This document shows positions 35,291 to 46,363 of a DNA stretch of 64,000 bases, in pieces. The notes below the pieces were generated by a model. The model searched no databases. It was given only the letters and a program-made list of their open reading frames with translations, and had not been told where the DNA came from. The stretch is from Myxococcota bacterium (lineage in GTDB: Bacteria > Myxococcota_A > Polyangia > Polyangiales > Sandaracinaceae), in contig JAYZQJ010000082.1 of assembly GCA_036149055.1 (NCBI GenBank), forward strand, positions 1 through 64,000, read 5' to 3'. The translations under genes were made by a program, and so were the position numbers. Positions within the stretch are counted from its first letter, which is position 1. Each line of letters opens with the position of its first letter.

Positions 35291-35291
35291 T

Positions 35292-35755
35292 CTACTCCAC
35301 GTCGGGGGCGCCGCCGGGGGCGAGCACCTCGAGGCGCGCGCTCTCGGGGACCTCGACCCGGGCCGCCTCCTCGAGGGCCTGGTCGCCCTCCATCTCGTCG
35401 ACGCCGGCGCGCCGCGCGATCACGGCGTCTCCCTCCCGGCGGACCTCGTAGCGGGCTCCGGCGCCCGCCCACCAGCAGCGCGCGAGGATCAGCGCGTCCC
35501 CCGCGTCCTGGTGGTAGCAGGCGCCGACCTCGGTCCCGAGGTCACGGGCGACCCGCTCGCCGTCGGGGGCGATGCGCACGAGCAGGACCCGGGTCTGCGG
35601 CGTCTCGTTCTCGTCGGCGCCGGCGTCCGCGAAGCGGAGCGCGACCGCGTAGCTCGGGGGCGGGCCCTCGGCCTCCTCCTCGGGCGTCTCGGGGGGCGGC
35701 GTGGCGGCGCCGCAGCCCAGCAGGGAGGCGGTCAGGATCGCGAGGGCGGCGCGTC

Positions 35756-35759
<4 letters not shown>
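35292..35759 (-). CDS. Hypothetical lipoprotein, 155 aa
   Basis: MRRAALAILTASLLGC lipobox; ATGA overlap with the upstream regulator. Confidence 0.75.
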
Positions 35760-37152
<1,393 letters not shown>

Positions 37153-37156
<4 letters not shown>

Positions 37157-38895
37157 TCTGCCGCCTCCGGGCTCTTGCCGATCTGCACCAGCCGCTCCTC
37201 CGCCGCCGGGAGCGACACGACGGCCCGCGCCCCGCCTCCTTCGCGGTTCTCGAGGGCGAGCGTGCCATTCATCGAGGCGACGAGCATGTACGACGTGTAG
37301 AGGCCGAGGCCGGTCCCCTTGCCCGGCGGCTTGGTCGTCGCGAACGGCTCGAAGAGCCGCCCCTCGATCTCGGCCGGCACGCCCGGGCCGTCGTCGTCGA
37401 TGAGGATCTCGACCCGCGAGCCCTCCCGGCTGGCGGTCACGCGCACCCCGCCGCGCGAGCCCTCGGCGACCGCGTCGTAGGCGTTCTGGAGCAGGTTCAC
37501 CATCACCTGCACGAGGTGATCGGGGTCGGCGGCCACCGCGTGGTCCGACAGCTCCGCCCCGAGGCTCACGGGCACGTCCTTGCCGGCGCCGGCGAACACC
37601 AGCGCGCGGGCGCGCTCCACCACCGCGCCGAGCGGCACCGCGCCCTCGATCTCGCTCGCCGTGAGGTCGCGGCCGGTCAGCAGACCTTGCGTGATGCGAC
37701 CGAGCCGCCGCGTCTCGTCGTGCACGAGCGCCGCGGACTCCGAGAGGTCCTCGAGGAGGTGGTCCGGGTCGTCGGTCGTCTGCTTCAGCGCGGCCACCAT
37801 GTCGGCGGCGAGGGTGCGGATGGTGGCGAGGGGCGTGTTCAGCTCGTGCGCCACGCCCTGGGTGACCCGGCCCAGGCTCGCCAGCCGCTCGGCGAGGATC
37901 AGGCGGCGCTCGCTCACCAGGCCGGCGGTGCGGTCGACGTAGAGGTTCATCACCCGCTCGCCGCCCGGCCCCGCGCCGAGGGGGAAGACCTGCATCTCGT
38001 AGATCCGCTCCTCGTCGTCGAGCTTCACCGCGAACCGGCAGTGCCCGGGCTCGCCCTCGTCGAGGGCGTTGCGCACCGGGCACACCCCGGTGACGTCCTG
38101 CTCGCAGGCGCGCACGTCGCCGGGGCACGCCCAGTGGTCGTGGCCGTCGGGGATCGCCGGCGCGAGCTGCTCGGCCCGCTTGTTCCGCCAGATCACCGCG
38201 CCGTCCTTCTCGACCACCTCGAGCCCGGCCTCGAGCTCGTCGAGGGTGTTGGTCAGCACCTCCAGCTCGAGCGCGGCCCGCTCGCGCGCCTCGGCCAGCG
38301 CCCGCTCGCGGTGCCGGAGCTGCCGCACCGCGTGGGTCACGAGGTAGGCGACCGAGCCGACGGTGGTGGTGAAGGCGACGATCTCCGCGAAGAGATCCCA
38401 GGGCCACACCGGATCCCAGCGCCCGATCTGCAGGGCCGGCACGTGCTCGGTGACCAGCAGCAGGCAGGAGAAGAGCAGGGCGGCCACCGCGGCGATCACC
38501 GTCGCGCGCGCGCCGCCGAGGATGCCCACGATGGCGACGTGGAAGACGTAGTAGCCGATGAAGGGCGTGCGCATCCCGCCGGCGGCCCAGAGCACCACGG
38601 TGAGGAGCAGCATGTCGACGACCGCCTGCCGCACCGCCTCGTGCGTGCCCCGGGGGGCGACCTTCCGGTGACGCCGCCAGAGCACGAAGTTGTAGACGCC
38701 GGCGCAGCCGACCGCGCCGAGCAGCACCTGCCAACTGACGCCCGGGAAGTAGCCGCTCGCGGCGAAGCCGGTGGCGAAGAGGATGCCGGCGAGCGCGATC
38801 CAGCGCAGGCGGATGAGCCAGCGCATCCGATCGACCGAGAAGTCGTCGGGCTCGTCCTCCACGAAGGGGCGAGAGTGTCGGATGCCGAGGGCCAT
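37153..38895 (-). CDS. Membrane sensor histidine kinase, RegB/PrrB-like TM domain plus Cys-containing PAS-like region
   Basis: WLIRLRWIAL start, several TM helices; AHELNTPLATI H-box; EPFATTK..GTGLGL. Confidence 0.85.
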
Positions 38896-38975
38896 GGCGG
38901 GGAACGTGGGGTCGCGGCGCCGTCCTGAACACCGCGCCCCCCAGTCTGCCGGCCCACCCGCCCCGGCGCCACGCG

Positions 38976-39602
38976 TCAGAGCTGGAGCCGGCGGGCCAGC
39001 GCCTCGAGATCCGGCGGCGTCGGTGCGGTGATCGTCAGCCCTCCTGCCCGGACCCGCTCGGCGTGCAGGGCGTGGCGGGGGAGCAACTCGCAGGGGGGCT
39101 CGCGGTAGCGTCGCTCCCCGAGCAGGGGGTACCCGAGGTGGGCGAGGTGGACCCGCGCCTGGTGGGTGCGCCCGGTGTGGAGCGTGACGTGGACCCGAGC
39201 GGCGTCGGCGCCGACGCGCGCCACCTCGATCGTCGACCGGGCGGCCTTGCCTCCCTCGCGCACCACCCAGCGACGGAGCCCGCGATCGTAGGCGAGCGGG
39301 GCGTCGACCTCGCGGCGCGTGAAGTCGGGCGCGCCGTGCACGAAGGCGAGGTAGCGCTTCTCGCCCGCCGCGAGCGCCTCTTGCCAGCGGGCGACCAGCG
39401 AGCGCCTCCGCACGAAGATCAGCACCCCGCTCGTGTCGCGGTCGAGCTGGTGCGCGGCCCAGAGCGGGCGGCGCAGCTGCCGCTGGAGGTGGTGCTGGAC
39501 GCCGCCGGGGTCGTCGGGCGTGCGCCCGGTGGCCTCGAGGCCGGGCGGCTTGTCCACCGCCACCACCCCGTCCGCGTCGTGCAGGATCGTCAGCCGGATC
39601 AC
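38976..39602 (-). CDS. RluA-family pseudouridine synthase
   Basis: VDKPPGL, HQLDRDTSG, K.Y.A.V, TGRTHQAR.H....G.PLLG, LHA; GTGA overlap. Confidence 0.88.
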   Translation of the reverse strand: MIRLTILHDADGVVAVDKPPGLEATGRTPDDPGGVQHHLQRQLRRPLWAAHQLDRDTSGVLIFVRRRSLVARWQEALAAGEKRYLAFVHGAPDFTRREVDAPLAYDRGLRRWVVREGGKAARSTIEVARVGADAARVHVTLHTGRTHQARVHLAHLGYPLLGERRYREPPCELLPRHALHAERVRAGGLTITAPTPPDLEALARRLQL

Positions 39603-41500
39603 TCGCCGGACGCCTCGGCGCTGGCGAACCGCCCCACCAGGTCCTGCACGGTGCGGAGGTCGAGCGGCTTGGCCACCGTCGGCACGCCGCGCTGGGCGAG
39701 GGCGTGCACGCTGGCCTCGGTGAACACGCCGCCGGTGCAGAAGACGAAGCGCGGCACCAGGTCCGGGTGCAGGCGCTCGATCGCCTCGAGCACCGAGGGC
39801 CCGTCCATCTCCGGCATCTCCACGTCGCACAGCACGAGATCGAACCCGTCGTCGTCGGCGAGGAGCGCGAGCGCCTCCGGCCCCGACGCGGCGACCGTCA
39901 CCTCGAAGCGGCGGCCGAGCATGCGGCGGTAGCCGCGCCGCACCAGCTCCTCGTCGTCGATCAACAGGATCCGCCCGGTGCGCACCCGCGGGCGCGTGCC
40001 GCTGATCGCCGGCGCCGGTCGCGTCTGCTCGAGCCCGGTGGCCTTGGGGAGCCGCAGGGTGACCCGGGTGCCCTGGGACAGCGCGGAATCGATCTCGAGG
40101 GCGCCGCCGTGACGCTGGGCGATCTCGGCGCAGACGCTCAGCCCGAGCCCCATGCCGCCGCGGTGCCCCTTGGTGGTGAAGAAGGGCGTGAAGACCCGGC
40201 GCTGGGTCTCCTCGCTCATGCCCGGCCCGTCGTCCTCGACCACGAGCGCGACCTCGTCCCCCTCCTGCCGGGTGCGCAGCCAGACCTGGCCGCCGCTCTC
40301 GTCGATCGCGTCGAGCGCGTTGGACACGAGGTTGCTGGCCACCTGGATCAGGCGGCCCTCGAAGGCGCTGATCGGCGCGACCTCGGGCAGCTCGGTGTGC
40401 ACGACCGCGCGCGACTTCCGGACCCGGCTCGAGAGGAGGTTCAGCGCGGCCCGGGCCACGACGTCGAGGTGCACGCGGGTCACGGCCTCGTCGCGCACCC
40501 GCGCGAAGGTCTGGAGGTCGCTCACGATCGAGGCGACGCGCGAGGCGCCTTTGAGCGCGTCGTCGAGCATCTCCTCGGCGTCGCGGTCCCAGCCGGAGCC
40601 GGCCCGCATCGCGCGCTGCAGGGTCTGGAGGTTGGCGAGCACGTAGGAGATCGGGTTGTTGATCTCGTGCGACACGCTCGCCGCCATCTGACCGAGCGCG
40701 AGGAGGCGCTCGCCCTGCACGAGGCGCCGCTCGGTCTCCTCGGCCTGCCGCCGCGCCTCGAGATCGCGGAGCGACGCGTACCAGACCGGCGCGCCCCGGA
40801 AGCGGGTCCGCGTGGCGCGCAAGGCGACGCTGCGCTTCGCGCCGCCGTCGACGGTGGCCTCGACCTCGACCTCGCCGCCCCGCGCGCGCTCGAGCACCGA
40901 CGCGGTGAGCGGCCTCCGGCCGACCAGACCCTCCTCGTCCTGGAAGAGCTGGCGCGCGGCCTCGTTCGCCCACGCGACCCGGAGCGAGCCCACGTCGAGC
41001 AGGAGGAGCGCGTCGGCGGCGACCTCGAGCACCCCCTCCAGCTCCTCGGCGGCGCGCTCGGCGTCGTCGGCCTTTGCCTCGAGCAGCTCGCGCAGGCTCT
41101 GCCGCTCGAGCGAGAACGCGATCGCGCGCGCGAGGCGCAGCGGATCGATCTCGTCCTTGGAGAGGAAGTCCTGCGCGCCCTCGGCGAGCGCGTCCAGCGC
41201 GATGTCCAGCTCGCCGCCGGTCAACACCACCACCGGGAGGCGCGGCGCCGCCTCGCGCAACGCGCGCAGCCCCTCGAGCCCCACCGCGTCGGGCAGGTGC
41301 AGGTCGAGCAGGGCCACGTCCGGGACCTCCGCCTCGATGGCCTCGAGCGCGTCGCCGATCCGGCCGACCGCGCGCACCGTCGCGAAGTCCTCCATCGCGT
41401 CGATGAGCAGCCGCCGATCGCTCGGGCTGTCCTCGACGAGCAGGACGGAGGTGCGCTCCGTCCCGGCCGCGCGCAGCAGACGCCTCGCGCGCTCGTTCAC
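39599..41500 (-). CDS. Hybrid kinase REC-PAS-HisKA-HATPase-REC
   Basis: VLLVEDS..LLDLHLPD..GAQDFLSK; HEINNP; FTPFFTTK; second REC LCDVEMPEMDG; GTGA overlap. Confidence 0.9.
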   Translation of the reverse strand: MNERARRLLRAAGTERTSVLLVEDSPSDRRLLIDAMEDFATVRAVGRIGDALEAIEAEVPDVALLDLHLPDAVGLEGLRALREAAPRLPVVVLTGGELDIALDALAEGAQDFLSKDEIDPLRLARAIAFSLERQSLRELLEAKADDAERAAEELEGVLEVAADALLLLDVGSLRVAWANEAARQLFQDEEGLVGRRPLTASVLERARGGEVEVEATVDGGAKRSVALRATRTRFRGAPVWYASLRDLEARRQAEETERRLVQGERLLALGQMAASVSHEINNPISYVLANLQTLQRAMRAGSGWDRDAEEMLDDALKGASRVASIVSDLQTFARVRDEAVTRVHLDVVARAALNLLSSRVRKSRAVVHTELPEVAPISAFEGRLIQVASNLVSNALDAIDESGGQVWLRTRQEGDEVALVVEDDGPGMSEETQRRVFTPFFTTKGHRGGMGLGLSVCAEIAQRHGGALEIDSALSQGTRVTLRLPKATGLEQTRPAPAISGTRPRVRTGRILLIDDEELVRRGYRRMLGRRFEVTVAASGPEALALLADDDGFDLVLCDVEMPEMDGPSVLEAIERLHPDLVPRFVFCTGGVFTEASVHALAQRGVPTVAKPLDLRTVQDLVGRFASAEASGE

Positions 41501-41877
41501 CGGAGGTGCGCCCTCAGCTGGTCGGCGAGCTCGAGGTAGCCGTCCGGAAGGTGCGGCTTCACGAAGAAGTCGGTCGCGCCGAGCTGACGACAGCGCCGCT
41601 CCTCGCGCGGGTTCGGTGAGCCGGTGAGGATCACGACGCGGAGGGCGGCGGTCTGCGCGCTCGCCCGCACTCGCTTCAGCACCTCGTCGCCCCGCATGCC
41701 GGGGAGCGACAGGTCGAGCACGACGAGGTCCGGCGGCTCCCCCTCTAGGGCGGCGAGCGCGCTCGGCCCGTCGGTGGCCCGCCGGATCGCCCAGTCCAGC
41801 CCGCGCTCCTCCAGCGCCTCGCGAAACATCATCGCGTCGGACCGGCTGTCTTCGACCAGCAGGATGGAGGGTGGCAT
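41497..41877 (-). CDS. Single-domain response regulator (Rcp1-like)
   Basis: ILLVEDSRSD, PDLVVLDLSLP, VVILTGS, LGATDFFVKP. Confidence 0.88.
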   Translation of the reverse strand: MPPSILLVEDSRSDAMMFREALEERGLDWAIRRATDGPSALAALEGEPPDLVVLDLSLPGMRGDEVLKRVRASAQTAALRVVILTGSPNPREERRCRQLGATDFFVKPHLPDGYLELADQLRAHLR

Positions 41878-41924
41878 GCGCGTTCCGGGGTGGGCCCAAG
41901 CATACATACGGCGGGGAGGGGCGC

Positions 41925-43070
41925 TCAATTCAGGTCCCGCGCCGGGAGCCACACGACGAAGGTGGCGCCGCCGCCCTCGGTGTCCTCGATCCGGATCGTT
42001 CCGGCCAGCCGCTCGACGATCCGGCGACAGATCGCCAGACCGACGCCGGATCCCTCGATCTCTTCCCGGGTGTGAAGTCGCTGGAACATCTCGAAGACGC
42101 GGGCGCGGTGCTCCTCGGCGATGCCCATCCCGTGATCGATCACGCGCAGCTCGACTCCGTCCGCGCGGGCGTCGGCCTCCACCCGGATCCGGGGCGGCGC
42201 GTCGCCCGCGTACTTGATCGCGTTGCCCACAAGGTTGGTCAGCAGCTGGTGGAGGTGGGTGTAGCTGGCCCGCACGGTGGGCAGGTCGTCGGCGACCTCG
42301 ATCCGGGCGCTCGAGTCCTCGACGAGCCCGGAGAGATCGGCGCGGACGTCGCGGACCACGTCCGCGAGCGACACGTCCTCCTCGTCGAGGCTCTCCTTGT
42401 CGAGCCGGGCGTAGTCGACGAGGTCGCGCAGCATCTGCTGCATGCGCACCGCGCCGTCCCGCGACAGCTCGAGGTACTCGCGGCCCCGCTCGTCGAGGCG
42501 ATCGCCGTAGCGGCGCTCGAGCTGCGCCGTGAAGTTGGACACCGCGCGCAGCGGCTCCCGGAGATCGTGCGAGACGACGTGCACGAACTCCCGGAGATCG
42601 GCGTTGAGCCGCTCGAGCTCCCGCGTCCGCTCCGCCACCCGCTCCTCCAGGCGCTCGGCGAGCTGCCGCGCCTCGTCTTCGGCCGCGCGGCGCTCCTGGA
42701 CCTCGCGCCTCAGATCGTCCGGGCTCGGGAGCGCGAGCGCCTTCGGCATCAGCGGGACGAGCACCGCCGCGGTCGCGACGCTCACCAGCGCGGTCGCCGC
42801 CTTCAGCCAGCCCTCCACCCGGTACTCCGGCACCCACGTCGTGTAGATGTCGAAGGCGTGCGTCGAGCCGCAGAGCAGGATGAAGGCGCCGAAGAGCAGG
42901 AAGATCCAGGGGAACGCCAGGTCGCTCCGCCGCCGGACGAACACCCCGAGGATCACGGGGATCGTGAAGTAGGCGATCGCGATCGCGCCGTCCGCGACGA
43001 CGTTCGTCCACAGCACGTCGGGCGTCCAGAAGTAGCAGTGCCCGTGCGGCATGAATTCGCCGTGATCCAT
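41925..43070 (-). CDS. Histidine kinase with ETR1-like ethylene-binding domain
   Basis: MPHGHCYFW..ADGAIAIAYFTIP..FGAFILLCGSTH..KAATALVS.ATA; SHDLREPL; NLVGNAIKY; FQRLH..GSGVGLAIC; GAGGAG RBS. Confidence 0.88.
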   Translation of the reverse strand: MDHGEFMPHGHCYFWTPDVLWTNVVADGAIAIAYFTIPVILGVFVRRRSDLAFPWIFLLFGAFILLCGSTHAFDIYTTWVPEYRVEGWLKAATALVSVATAAVLVPLMPKALALPSPDDLRREVQERRAAEDEARQLAERLEERVAERTRELERLNADLREFVHVVSHDLREPLRAVSNFTAQLERRYGDRLDERGREYLELSRDGAVRMQQMLRDLVDYARLDKESLDEEDVSLADVVRDVRADLSGLVEDSSARIEVADDLPTVRASYTHLHQLLTNLVGNAIKYAGDAPPRIRVEADARADGVELRVIDHGMGIAEEHRARVFEMFQRLHTREEIEGSGVGLAICRRIVERLAGTIRIEDTEGGGATFVVWLPARDLN

Positions 43071-43139
43071 GAATCTCCTCGCTGCGGGGTCGTCGTTCCC
43101 TCGGGCTCGATCTCTCCGGGACGGTATACTCCGCTTCAC

Positions 43140-43925
43140 ATGCGGCTCGCGACTTCAGGCGCGGCCATCTTGGCTTGCATCCTACTCTGGCAACCTCTCG
43201 CCCGCGCGCAGGACGACGCGGCGGCGAGCGAGGCGCGCGCGGCCTTCCAGGCCGGTCAGGCGGCGTACGCGGCCGGCCGCTTCCCGGCGGCGCTGACCTA
43301 CTTCGAGCGCGCCTACGAGCTCACCGAGGAGCCGGACATCCTCTACAACATCGCCACCGTGCACGACCGGCTGCGCCACGACCGCGAGGCGCTCGAGGCC
43401 TACCGCGGCTACCTCGCGGGGCGGCCCGAGGCGGAGGATCGCGCGAACGTCGAGGCGCGCATCCGGGCGCTCGAGGGCGCGCTGGCCGAGGCCGAAGCGC
43501 AGGCGGCGGCGGAGGCGGCCGCTCGAGCCGAGGCGGAGGCGGAGGCGGGGGCACGAGCCGCGGTGGCGCCGGTCGCCGAGCCGACGGCCGCCGAGCCGAC
43601 GAGCCGGACCGTGCAGCGCGACGCCGGGCCGGGGCCGTGGGCGCTCATCGGGATCGGCGGCGCGGCGGCGATCACCGGCGGCGTGCTGGTCGGCCTCGCC
43701 TTCGCCGACATCGACGCGGTGGAGAGCGGCGCGCCCCGGCCCTGGGGCGAGGTCTCGGACGCCGCCGAGCGCGCGCCGATCCTGAGCGGGGTGGGCTTCG
43801 CCGCGATCGGCGTGGGCGTCGCGGCGGTGATCGGCGGCGTCGTCTGGGCGGCGGTCGGCGGCGGCGAGGAGCAGATCGAGGTCGGCCTCGGCCCGGGCGG
43901 CGTGCGCCTGAGGGGGCGGCTGTGA
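43140..43925 (+). CDS. Exported TPR protein with C-terminal hydrophobic segments (myxobacterial TPR/PEGA-associated type)
   Basis: Signal peptide; AFQAGQAAYAAGRF..A..YFERAY..P.ILYNIA; C-terminal GPGGVRLRGRL. Confidence 0.75.
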   Translation: MRLATSGAAILACILLWQPLARAQDDAAASEARAAFQAGQAAYAAGRFPAALTYFERAYELTEEPDILYNIATVHDRLRHDREALEAYRGYLAGRPEAEDRANVEARIRALEGALAEAEAQAAAEAAARAEAEAEAGARAAVAPVAEPTAAEPTSRTVQRDAGPGPWALIGIGGAAAITGGVLVGLAFADIDAVESGAPRPWGEVSDAAERAPILSGVGFAAIGVGVAAVIGGVVWAAVGGGEEQIEVGLGPGGVRLRGRL

Positions 43926-45397
43926 CGGCCGCTGTGAGCAACGGGGCGGGGCGCCTCCTGTTCGCGCTGATGCTTCTCGGCTGCGAGGCCGACATCCCGG
44001 AGGGGCGCTTCCTGTGCGAGGTCGGGCGCGACGCGCAGTGCCCCGCGGGCTTCGTCTGCTGTCCGGACGCGCCGCTCGACGGCTTCGACGGGCGCTGCCG
44101 CGCGACGTGCGAGGACGGCGGCGTGGGGATGGACGCCGGCGCCGGTGACGCGGGCGTCGTCGACGGGGGACCGCGGGACGCCGGGCCGGGAGACGGGGGA
44201 GCCGAGGACGGCGGACCCGAAGACGCCGGACCGGCCGACGCCGGCGCGCCCGATCTGCGCCCGCTCGCCCTCGCGGCGGGGGCGGCGCACAGCTGCCTGG
44301 TCCGCGCCGACGGCGCCGTCTTCTGCTGGGGCGACGACCGCAGCGGCCAGCTCGGCCGCGGGACCCCGATGGGCCGCTCCACCGTGCCGGTGCAGGTCGC
44401 CGGCGTCGCCCCGGGCGCGGTCGAGGTCGCCGCGTCGGCCGCCGCGACCTGCGTCCGGCACGCCAGCGGCGTCCAGTGCTGGGGCAGCAACACCGTCCCG
44501 TGGGCGGCGGTCGACGGCCCCCTCGGGGACAGCCGCTTCAGCGAGAGCGCCGAGCCCATCGACGCCCGGATCTCCGCGCCGGCGTCCCGGATCGCGATGG
44601 GCGCCTACCACGCCTGCGCGGTGATCGCGGCCGGCGGCGCCGTGGAGTGCTGGGGGGACAACCGCAACGGGCAGCTCGGCACCGGGGACACCCGCTCGCA
44701 CGGGGATCCGGCCGAGGTGGTCGGGCTGACCGGGGTCACCGATCTCTGCGCGGGCGACGAGCACACCTGCGCGATCGCGGACGGCCGGGTCTACTGCTGG
44801 GGGCGGGACGGCGACGGGCAGGTCGGCGACGGCGCCGCCTCCGGGGCCGAGCGGCCGCTCCCGACCGAGGTGCCCGGCTTGACGGACGCCAGCGCGGTGG
44901 CCTGCGGCGCCTACCACACCTGCGCCGTCGCCGACGCCGGCGGGGGCCGCAGCCTCCACTGCTGGGGCAACAACCGCGGCGGGCAGGTGGGGCGGCCGCC
45001 CGACATGACGCCGATCGAGGCGCCGGTCGCGTCCCTGGACGCCCGGGCCGGCCAGGTCGAGGCGATCGCGCTCGGGGGCCGCTTCTCGTTCCCCAAGGAG
45101 GGCTTCACCTGCGCGCGCGGCGCGTCCCTCCCCCTGCACTGCTTCGGGGACAACAACCTCGGCCAGCTCGGCATCGGCGGCACCTCGCCGCCCGAGGGCG
45201 AGACCTGGCAGCGCACCCTCGAGCTCGCCGATTCGCTGGTGGCCGTCGCGGCCGGCGGGGCCCACGCCTGCGCCATCGAGGCCGGGGACGGAGGCCGGGT
45301 CCTGTGCTGGGGCGTGGGCAGCGACGGGCAGCTCGGCAACGCCAACACGGCGCGCCAGGAGACCCCGGTCGAGGTCTTCGGGTTCGGCGCCGAGTGA
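43922..45397 (+). CDS. RCC1-repeat lipoprotein with Cys-rich N-domain and DAG linker
   Basis: LLGC lipobox; C...CPAGFVCC; repeated H.C..G.V.CWG.N..GQLG; GTGA overlap. Confidence 0.85.
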   Translation: MTAAVSNGAGRLLFALMLLGCEADIPEGRFLCEVGRDAQCPAGFVCCPDAPLDGFDGRCRATCEDGGVGMDAGAGDAGVVDGGPRDAGPGDGGAEDGGPEDAGPADAGAPDLRPLALAAGAAHSCLVRADGAVFCWGDDRSGQLGRGTPMGRSTVPVQVAGVAPGAVEVAASAAATCVRHASGVQCWGSNTVPWAAVDGPLGDSRFSESAEPIDARISAPASRIAMGAYHACAVIAAGGAVECWGDNRNGQLGTGDTRSHGDPAEVVGLTGVTDLCAGDEHTCAIADGRVYCWGRDGDGQVGDGAASGAERPLPTEVPGLTDASAVACGAYHTCAVADAGGGRSLHCWGNNRGGQVGRPPDMTPIEAPVASLDARAGQVEAIALGGRFSFPKEGFTCARGASLPLHCFGDNNLGQLGIGGTSPPEGETWQRTLELADSLVAVAAGGAHACAIEAGDGGRVLCWGVGSDGQLGNANTARQETPVEVFGFGAE

Positions 45398-45466
45398 AGA
45401 CGGACCCAGGCCTCACGCAGACGACGGTCGGCAGTCACCGCCGTTTCTGCTATTCGTTGCGCACTC

Positions 45467-46363
45467 ATGGCTGAAGCACCCGGGCCCCACCCGCCCCTCG
45501 CCCCCATCGTCCTCGTGACGGGCAAGGGCGGCGTCGGCAAGACGACCATCGCCGCCGGCCTCGCCGAGGCCGCGGCGCGGCGTGACGGAAAGGCGGTCTT
45601 CGTCGAGTTCGGCGACGGCGAGTCCGGCCGGCGCCTGCTCGCGTCGGCTCGCAAGGTCCAGCACGAGGTCGTCGAGCCTCGCGACGCGCTCGAGAAGAGC
45701 GTGGGCCGCCTGCTCGGCAGCAAGATGCTGGCGAAGATCTTCATCGGGAACTTCGCGGTCCGCCGCATGCTCCGGGCGGCGCCCGCGCTGCGGGAGCTCG
45801 CGATGCTCGACGCGGTGGGGCAGATCGCCGACAAGGCGCGCGGCAAGCGGGTCGTCGTCGACATGCCGGCCACCGGTCACGGGCTCGCCTGGCTGCGGCT
45901 GCCGACCCAGATGCGCGATCTCTTCGGCTCGGGCGGCCTCTACGAGCTGAGCGAGCGCCTCGTGCACCGGCTCGTCGCGCCCCGCGCCACCTCGGTGGTG
46001 GTGGTGACGCTGCCCGAGCGCATGGTGCTGCAGGAGACGCTGGAGCTCTGCGCGGCCCTCGAGCGCGAGGTCGGCATGCCGGCGGCGCGGCTGGTCGTGA
46101 ACCGCTTCCCGTCGCCGGTGCCCGAGGGCGCGGTGGCGCAGGCCAAGGCGCTCAGCGCGTCCGAGCACGCGCTCGGGGAGCCGGTCGAGCAGCTGCTCGA
46201 GATCCTCCAGGCCCGGGAGGCCGCGCGGAGCGAGGCGCTCGAGACGCTGTCGCACGCGCCCGAGCGGGGCCTCGCGATCCGTCCGCTCCTCCTGCCGCAG
46301 GTCGCGTTCGACCCGAAGGCCGAGCAGGTGGCCGAGTGGCTGGCGCGGGAGAAAGCCGCGTGA
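45467..46363 (+). CDS. ArsA/Get3-family ATPase, subunit 1
   Basis: TGKGGVGKTT, AAPALREL, VVDMPATGH, VVTLPE.M, VVNR. Confidence 0.85.
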   Translation: MAEAPGPHPPLAPIVLVTGKGGVGKTTIAAGLAEAAARRDGKAVFVEFGDGESGRRLLASARKVQHEVVEPRDALEKSVGRLLGSKMLAKIFIGNFAVRRMLRAAPALRELAMLDAVGQIADKARGKRVVVDMPATGHGLAWLRLPTQMRDLFGSGGLYELSERLVHRLVAPRATSVVVVTLPERMVLQETLELCAALEREVGMPAARLVVNRFPSPVPEGAVAQAKALSASEHALGEPVEQLLEILQAREAARSEALETLSHAPERGLAIRPLLLPQVAFDPKAEQVAEWLAREKAA

